From positions 24,366,001-24,430,000 of the forward strand of contig OZ024740.1 of NCBI GenBank assembly GCA_964016885.1: a DNA stretch of 64,000 nucleotides. The letters are read 5' to 3'. The position numbers and the translations under genes are program-made. The stretch comes from Eledone cirrhosa (taxonomy: Eukaryota). Under the pieces are notes generated by a model. The model was not told the origin of the DNA and made no database searches. It was given only the letters and a program-made list of their open reading frames with translations. Each line of letters starts with the position of its first letter. Position 1 is the first letter of the stretch. This document shows, in pieces, positions 55,362 through 64,000 of the stretch.

Positions 55362-56631
55362 CACACAAGCAAACAGATGACCATAATGGAATATAAATGC
55401 ATAAAGAGCCAGCGAAACAATCTGAAAGTGTGAGAGAGAGAGTGGTGGAAAGAGAGAAAGAGAGAGAGAGAGCGAGAGAACGGGGAGAGAGAGAGGTAGA
55501 GAGAAAGAGGAGAGAGAGAAGAAGAGAGAATGTCTTAAAATACCGTATTTTTGTGTTAAGTGGCAAGATTTTCTTTTACATTGCCAGCAATTACATTTAC
55601 AGTTCTAATGTAGTTGGAAAGTGTAAGAATACAACATCTATTATTTTATTCTGTAAAAGCCATAGCCCTGTACACCCTTTGCTGGATAACAGTGACCGCA
55701 GTATACACCCCATTCTACATATATCAGTACATTGCTGTCAAACTGTATACATGTATATGCTGTTATGGTAGTTTCACACTATATCAACTTTGCTTCAATC
55801 GAGCAATATTATCATGAAACATACTCCAGCAGTAGATATTCCGTTTTTGATTCAGTTGGAGTTTGGACCTGATGTATATGTCTATGTTTCACGGGGACAC
55901 ACTCACACTGAGACAAGCTATGATAAAGTATTGTTAAAGAAAAACGTCAGTATCACCTAACTTAACTTTCTAAGACTATATATGTAGTAAACTATAAGCT
56001 TAAATTTCTAAGACTGATATTTGTAGTAAATCCGACTCGTTTCCTATCTCAAGTTCGTATATGTGTTTGATGAAGTTTACAGTGCAATTTCCAGTTGGTC
56101 AAGAGTTCACATAGATTCTCCTCTCTATTGTTGTCTTTGCTGCTGTTTATATATCTATCAATACGTGGAGGCAACTACCGTTTGCTGGCTACTGATTTTG
56201 CTCTTAGTCATCATCTATCAAAGACGTTCCAGCCATGATCATCCTAATTCTATTCAGGATTACTATATCTAAAGCTACATTATCAGATATTTCCTTCCCA
56301 TTTTAAGGTAATAGCAAGTGATTTAGAGGAAATTTAAGTGCTATTTCTAGCTCAGTACCGCCCACTTATCATATATCGCATTAACTCTTACTATGATGTT
56401 GGGTTCATTGTATCCGTTATAGTAACTGAAGTTCTGGTGGATATCCTTCGTTGATATCTTAACAATGACATTGTATCACGTCAGCGAACTTTGTATTGAA
56501 ATAACTTTAATAAATCTGGCACCTTTGTCTACACTACTAACCATAAATACAGAAATACAGACTGAAGAATTACATTTGTACCTTGCTTCCGACAGATCAT
56601 CCTGGGATACATAGAGACATCGATGGATTGC

Positions 56632-56660
<29 letters not shown>

Positions 56661-56663
<3 letters not shown>

Positions 56664-56777
56664 ACACCTGAAGATGTCACCGGGTTCTTAGGCAACCTGG
56701 CCACTGAAATGTGCATAGTGTTTACATAAATAAATAATTAAGGAAGTTCAACGTATTTGGCCTCCTGTCATTTTACT

Positions 56778-56784
<7 letters not shown>
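56661..56784 (+). ncRNA. PLE-type terminus with a minimal hammerhead (56664-56721)
   Basis: acac-CTGAAGA..ccgggtt..aacctgg..GAAA-tgtgca-TA-gtgt. Confidence 0.75.
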
Positions 56785-56843
<59 letters not shown>

Positions 56844-57195
56844 CGCGTGTGTGTGTGTGTGTGTGTGTGTGTACACACACACAGTCAAGAATTGACTCAG
56901 CATAGTATTGCTCATATGAATGAGTATGCAAAAGAAAGCGCTATAAGATTGAGTAATGACAAAAGGAAGATAGTGATGCCTAACATTGCTTGTTTAGCGA
57001 TACTTGTATATCCTCCATCCCTGTTAAGAGTCTCTTTTCTACTTCTGCCGCCGGGTGCTTCTATTCATATCCATCGCTGTTATGAGCTACCTGCTTCTAC
57101 AATTACACTCAGCTTATAACAACTGATGACAAGTTTATATTTGTCTGTGTCTGTCTTTGTAGTTGTTGAATCCTCGTATCGGATACACACACACT

Positions 57196-57232
<37 letters not shown>

Positions 57233-57546
57233 CGTTAATTTATTAACCTTCCATTGAACCACATTGGCATATGGTTGGACAATACATGTGTCCCTAGACG
57301 CTTTTTGCGTGTAGGGATATATACTTTATTATTATCCTCCTCTAGGTCGAGAAAAAAAATGTGGTCGTTCTGACTGCTGCCAGTTATAGAGGTAGTAGAC
57401 TGACCTCCCTGTCTTTGCTTCTATCTTTACACACGGCTCTGGACGGAATTGCTTCCACATCATTTATTCTCATCTGGGGAACAATTTTGAATAGCGCCAG
57501 TTCGTAATTTGAACTCTGGAATTTTATATTCTCCGAGTGAAAAGAT

Positions 57547-57631
57547 CCTTCTGACGAGAGTTTATCTTTGCAATGGTAGGCCGCAATGACTGTCCATTTA
57601 TTTTTGAGACTCGAAACCGATTCGGTATAGG
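57547..57631 (+). ncRNA. Hammerhead motif with a long stem II loop
   Basis: cctt-CTGACGA-gagttt..agactc-GAAA-ccgattcgg-TA-tagg. Confidence 0.65.
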
Positions 57632-57699
57632 TAACCATAGTGAGTACAGCGAATTTTTTAACATTTATTTTGAAACGTTTTCTTATTTGCTAAACCTTG

Positions 57700-57758
<59 letters not shown>

Positions 57759-57765
<7 letters not shown>

Positions 57766-57879
57766 AGTAAAATGACAGGAGGCCAAATACGTTGAACTTC
57801 CTTAATTATTTATTTATGTAAACACTATGCACATTTCAGTGGCCAGGTTGCCTAAGAACAGGGTAACATCTTCAGGTAT
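57759..57879 (-). ncRNA. Inverted copy of 56661-56784 with a hammerhead
   Basis: Near-exact reverse complement. Confidence 0.75.
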
Positions 57880-59222
57880 ATAATACATATGTATACACGC
57901 ACACGCACACACACGCACACACAGACACACACACACACCCACATATAAATATATATATATATATTATATATACACATCTATATATATATATATACACACA
58001 TACACACATTCAGAGTAATTAATTCTTATTATGATCCTTACTAGACTAATCCTGTCTCAATCACTTTTAATGTAAACTTTGCTTTCAATTGCGGTTCTCT
58101 CCGTTTTTCAATTGGTAACATTTATTGTGTATGTTTGTATGTGGATGGGCCGGTAGTACAAATTGGAAGTGAAAGAGCGTAGAAGATTCCTACGACCACT
58201 ATTCATGATTCCCACTTTACGTTATTGATCCTAAAACAAAATGAAAGGCCCCAGGGTTATTTGATCAGAGAAATAGGAAAGGTGTTGAGGACTACACATT
58301 ATAAGACATTAAAACCAGTACTTGACCGATTGTGTCAAGTCATTGCTCTCTCAATTTTAATATTAAATATTGTCGTGCATTGACATTCTTCGTTCAATCA
58401 ACCACTTAATGAAAGAATCTGCAATTCTGAAGAATTCGCAGACTACATGATTGTTGTGTAGAGATATACTTCTCGAGTGTCATTATATGGAGAATATTTG
58501 AAAGTGAGTGGAAGAAGTGGTGTCGTTGCTGTGGTGGTAGTCGTTGTTATGGCAAGGTTTTGGTGGTATGTGATGGCCGGTGATTTAACATTTAAAACTA
58601 AGTGACTTAGCAATTTCTAACTAAATTTATTGTAATTGGTTATAAAGGAAAAATGCTTTAGTCGTAATCTACTTAAGTGTGAATAAAATTTGCAAGCTGG
58701 ATGGATGATTTAATTCATAATTAGGCGTCAGGCATAATACACAACTGCACTGGAAGTATCTAAACGCTAATTGTCTTGCTAGAAATAGCAGCTTAAAAAC
58801 CCTGACATTTCAAACACTGTCAACGTAAAAATTATAAGAAATACTTTAAACTAAGCTGTACTTGATGAACTATATCTAGAGAAGGAAAAGATCAAAATAT
58901 GAGACAGATGAGGCTGGAATATCAACGATTAGCAGTATTAGTTCCTTACTCTATTGCAATATAACCGCAACACAATACAGAAATATACATATACTAACTA
59001 GACACTGAAACAAATATACACACTCATGCAAATGTATTAGTACAGGAATGTACGTGATGGTCCTTCTATAGGTGCTGATCAGTGAATACACACACATATA
59101 CACATATATCTATACCTAAATATATATATATATTGTACACCCACATATACATATATATATATATATGTATATATTACACACACAAACACACACACACATA
59201 CACACACACATATTATATATAT

Positions 59223-59400
59223 ATAACGAAGGAAGTGTGGTAAGGAACCAGGTGGACCATAACGCACCAGAGTACTCGATACTTTGGGTATTAGAGTGGG
59301 TAATAGGAAAAGAGTCAGGATCCCGACGGCAGAGTTCAGTCCAGAAATAGCCGTCGAAACGGCTTGAGCTCTGCCGTCGGGGTCCTGACTACTTTCCCAT
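59223..59400. repeat. Family H copy 7
   Basis: Tail then hairpin, with a deletion in the left arm. Confidence 0.9.
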
Positions 59401-59412
59401 ATATATATATAT

Positions 59413-59470
59413 GTTCTGTTATTAATTCTGGCAATATTACACAAATATGACCCTCCCCAAGTATAACAAT
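59413..59470 (+). mobile_element. Solo ~55-bp PLE-3 terminus
   Basis: GTTCTGTTATTAATTCTGGC..ATGACCCTCCCCAAGTATAACAAT, also at ~50495-50555. Confidence 0.78.
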
Positions 59471-60280
59471 ATATATATATATATATATATATAGTAATAA
59501 TAATAAATTTGAAGACTAAAATCCAAAGAGGGCTCGATAAGGATAAATATATATCAAATATATAAGAACCGTAGAGAACATTAGTCTACGACCTCTTTTA
59601 TACCATAAACGTGGTTCTGTCTTTGCGTGTAATTGTTTTTCACAGCTCCTATTAATGACGTATTATATTCGTTTTTTTCCCGTGCTTTGCCAGCGAACGT
59701 TTCCACGAACCAAAGTATCGTCTTCCTGTCTTCCTCCGGTTGCAACGTTTTTTGAAATATCCAGTTCTGCGTTTACAGATTGACTTTGTTAGTTTCAGAA
59801 GATCCCGTTAAGGGTGAAAGCAGCGATTCTTTGCTTAATCTTTAATCTGTTATTTTAATAAAGATATATATATATATATATGTATGTTTATATGTATATG
59901 TGTATGTATGTATGTATGTACGTGTATGTAGGTATATATGTATATGTGTATATATGTATGTATATATGTATGTATATATGTATGTATATAGGTTAAACCA
60001 CTGGGAGTGAAGGACTCCTAGCCTTTGTCACAGCATTCTTCTAGGAGAAGGCAACTCAGGAAATTGGGATAACTCCGATATAAAATCTGCGGCTAAGTAG
60101 TTACCGATGATGTTGATCTTTTCTTCTTTTCGAGATATAGCTACTGTCGCTCAGAGAGTGGGATTGGCTCACTGCACAGTCATTGCCCGATAGAATTAAT
60201 TATAATTATTGAGAATGGTATATCGTGCAATGGGCATACTCGATAAGGAGGAGGCAGCCATCATCATGTAGATATGTATG

Positions 60281-60399
<119 letters not shown>

Positions 60400-60568
60400 A
60401 TATATATATGTCTATATGTATATATATATGTCTATATGATGTATATATCAATCTTGCAACAATAGATAATTATAGCTTTACGAGATTTTCGGAACAATTT
60501 ATCAGACATAGACTTCAAAGATAACCGAGATAGCAAGGCTAGAGAATGTACATTTCACACACAGACAT

Positions 60569-60620
<52 letters not shown>

Positions 60621-60854
60621 ACACTTACACACACCCCACACACACATCAACACACACGCATTCACACACACACATACACACACACATACACACACATACA
60701 TACATACACATGCACACGCACATACAGGCACACACATATACCACACACACACACATATACACCCATACACACACCCACACATACACACACCCGCACACAC
60801 ACACTCACACACATACACACACACACATACATCCACCACACAGACACGCACATA

Positions 60855-60901
<47 letters not shown>

Positions 60902-61086
60902 ATACACACATCACACACGTACACTCAGACACACACACATATATATCTAATTATATGTGTCTGTGTGTACCTACATATTGAGATTTACTTATGACTATAT
61001 ATACACACACACAGACATATACATATCTATATAAACACATATATATATATATACAAGACGAGATATATTTATACATATATGCATAT

Positions 61087-61119
<33 letters not shown>

Positions 61120-61124
61120 TACTC

Positions 61125-61180
<56 letters not shown>

Positions 61181-61277
61181 CCATGTCAAGATATATCTAT
61201 ACATATATAAATATGAGTATATATATATATATACACACATATATATATATGTATGTATATCCATGTCGAGATATATT

Positions 61278-61312
<35 letters not shown>

Positions 61313-61519
61313 ATATATATATATCTACGAAAGGGTATAATCCCCCACTCACATATACATGTATTAACATTGCGCCATTGTGTAAAAGACATTAACCATT
61401 TTATCCTGTTCGCCTGTTGCTAAGGTGTAATTATTTCAACTATGTTCAATACGAATATACATTCTATTCACTGACCGACATATATTTATGGATATAATCT
61501 TATGTATGTATGTATACGA

Positions 61520-61559
<40 letters not shown>

Positions 61560-61795
61560 GCATATATATACTGATAATCTCGTATAAATTATCCATTCTT
61601 GTATAGAGATAACTTAGAGTGCTCATGAAAAGATGAGCTAAAATTTAAGATAAATTCATATTTGAATACTAAATATATATGTACATATAGATACAAATAT
61701 TCGTGCACATACACACATACACACATACACTTGCATATACACTCAAATGTATATATAGATATATATTTTCATATACCTATCCATCTATATCTTGG

Positions 61796-61832
<37 letters not shown>

Positions 61833-62553
61833 GATTGTACTTGTTTTTCATCGTTTTTGTTTTACTCACTCGTTCCTCTTTTCCAAGCATGCCTAGCCAA
61901 CATAACGCCTTTTTTGTTTTACCACTCCTTTTTCATTTATTGTGTGGGTGCGTGTGTGTCTTTAGTGGATCCTCTATTTGTTTCTCTATTGTGATCCTGT
62001 CTCTTTTTGTACCCCCGAAGAAGGGCTTAAGCTCGACACGTTGAACTTTCTTTCCTCTTTCCAATATAAAGCGTGAAACTAATAAGACATTTGGTGTCTC
62101 TGTTTGTTGTCTCCTTCAACTATATATATATATATATATATAATTGCTTCGTAGAATCAAGACGTATCCGCGCGATTTCAGAGTCAGGCTTGATCACCAT
62201 ATCGATCGTGCCTCGAGCTGGTCGCCCGAGAAACATTTGTAATATGTCCAATAAATTCCCTTCGTCGCAACACTGATTCTCCTTTTTTCTGTGATATAGA
62301 TATTTATATATTTAACCCACTACAATATTGTAATAACACACTCGGTACAGTATATGGAAGGGATATATTAGGCTAACACTTGATATAACAGGAAGAGTTT
62401 CTATATATATTATCAGAAAGCTTTCCTGATGATTTTTTGGAATGAAAGAGTTCTAGTCCTGTAGAAGATAGTTCTATATTAAACATAATGTTTGCACTCA
62501 ACTAATGCATTGAGTAACTTACTAACTTCTGTTACACGCGATTGAACCCAGGA

Positions 62554-62594
<41 letters not shown>

Positions 62595-62603
62595 ATACAC
62601 ACA

Positions 62604-62724
<121 letters not shown>

Positions 62725-63009
62725 ATGTATATGTAGCGCTCCTTTTTTCTCTGAATACAGGTTTTTAATCTAAAATCGTAGATTCCTAAAGCAGGAATGT
62801 GTTTTCTTACCTAACAAAAGACAAAACAAAACAAAACCAAAAAATACAACAACTCCCACTCATTGTCAATGATAGAAGCAAACGAATGTTTTACGTTGAA
62901 AGCAGGAAAGCTTAAATTATTTGATACTTGAAGGTTTTTACCAGAAAATATGTATAAATGAGTTCCTGTATATCAAATTAATCTCAGGAATTTCAAATTA
63001 TTTTCGACG

Positions 63010-63112
63010 AAGAAGAAGAAGAAGAAGAAGAAGAAGAAGAAGAAGAAGAAGAAGAAGAAGAAGAAGAAGAAGAAGAGGAAAGAGGAAGAAGAAGAAGAAG
63101 AAGAAGAAGAAG

Positions 63113-63141
<29 letters not shown>
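63010..63141. repeat. (GAA)n microsatellite
   Basis: Direct inspection. Confidence 0.95.
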
Positions 63142-63143
<2 letters not shown>

Positions 63144-63775
63144 CTATGTCAATTACAGTTTTAATATTTTGAAATATTATTGCCCGTAAATAATTTGATG
63201 ATATAAATTATCTGATATTGAGTTCTTTCTTTCCTCTAATATGTGGTGTATCTCTTCCTTACCTCTGCCCTACACAATTTTGACATTATAGTAGGGTCAC
63301 TGGAGAAGATTATGAAGATTGATCAAATAATCAACTGAATGCCTATTTCCTAAGTATTCCGTTCTTTTTTTCTATTTCGACGTAGGTTTGTCAAAATAAT
63401 CAGTTGCATACAAGGTGTGGTAGTGTTAGGTGGACAAGTTTTGAAACATACACGCATTTATACTTATATATATATATATATATATTTGTGCGTGTGTGTG
63501 TGTGTGCTTGTGTGTGTGTAGAAGCACATGGAGGTAGACCTCCTCTGAATCAAATATTTCCAATTTTCTATTTTTTCTATTTCCATGTACCCTCTCAGTT
63601 TGTGTTTCCTATATCTTTATGAATGTTATGTAATACATCTGATGATGTCGCTCGGATTCTACTCGTCATATATATATAGCGACATGCATATATATAGTGT
63701 CAGTAAAAATATTATTTTGTAAAAGTATTACTTTACTCGAATAGCGTATTTAATTAAAAACTTTGCCATAATATC

Positions 63776-63817
63776 TGCCTCCGACGAGCCCCATTGGGCG
63801 AAACATGTGTAAGAGGT
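63776..63817 (+). ncRNA. Degenerate minimal hammerhead
   Basis: CCGACGA-gccc-catt-gggc-GAAA-catgtg-TA-agagg, with a U4-to-C change. Confidence 0.55.
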
Positions 63818-64000
63818 TTATAAAGATATGTTTTAACGCCTTGTAACTCTTTCATTAATTATTTTGCCTATCACAACTCTGCTTATTCTTGTACACTAAA
63901 AATATTAACCTTCTCTATTATTTAAGCCTGATAACCCTAGCATCGAGCGTTTACGCACCCGCTGTTGGCATGTAATACTCTCTATCGCACCTCTTTCTAT

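Noticed and set aside
55820-56620. Possible very old RTE fragment on the minus strand
   Set aside because: The motifs are too degraded to support by eye.

Overview
AT-rich eukaryotic non-coding DNA crowded with (TA)n/(CA)n/(GA)n microsatellites and decayed retroelements. The SINE cores and repeat landscape suggest an octopod or coleoid cephalopod (inference). I found no convincing host gene, and most tracked ORFs are microsatellite translations. Penelope-like elements (PLEs: RT plus GIY-YIG) dominate, with several distinct coding fragments and dozens of short terminal (pLTR) pieces. These sit in (TA)n tracts, often form fold-back hairpins, and carry minimal type I hammerhead ribozymes (about a dozen with intact cores, about as many degenerate). 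Also present are fragments of CR1, CRE, HERO/R2-type, RTE and Tx1/L1 LINEs, a Helitron helicase fragment, two tRNA-derived SINE families and a ~700-bp long-TIR element. The most unusual signal is a ~190-bp non-coding element ('family H', 7 copies): an 80-nt tail plus a fixed-centre hairpin. Its basal stem differs between copies but is complementary within each copy. All coordinates were read by eye and may be off by a few bases.
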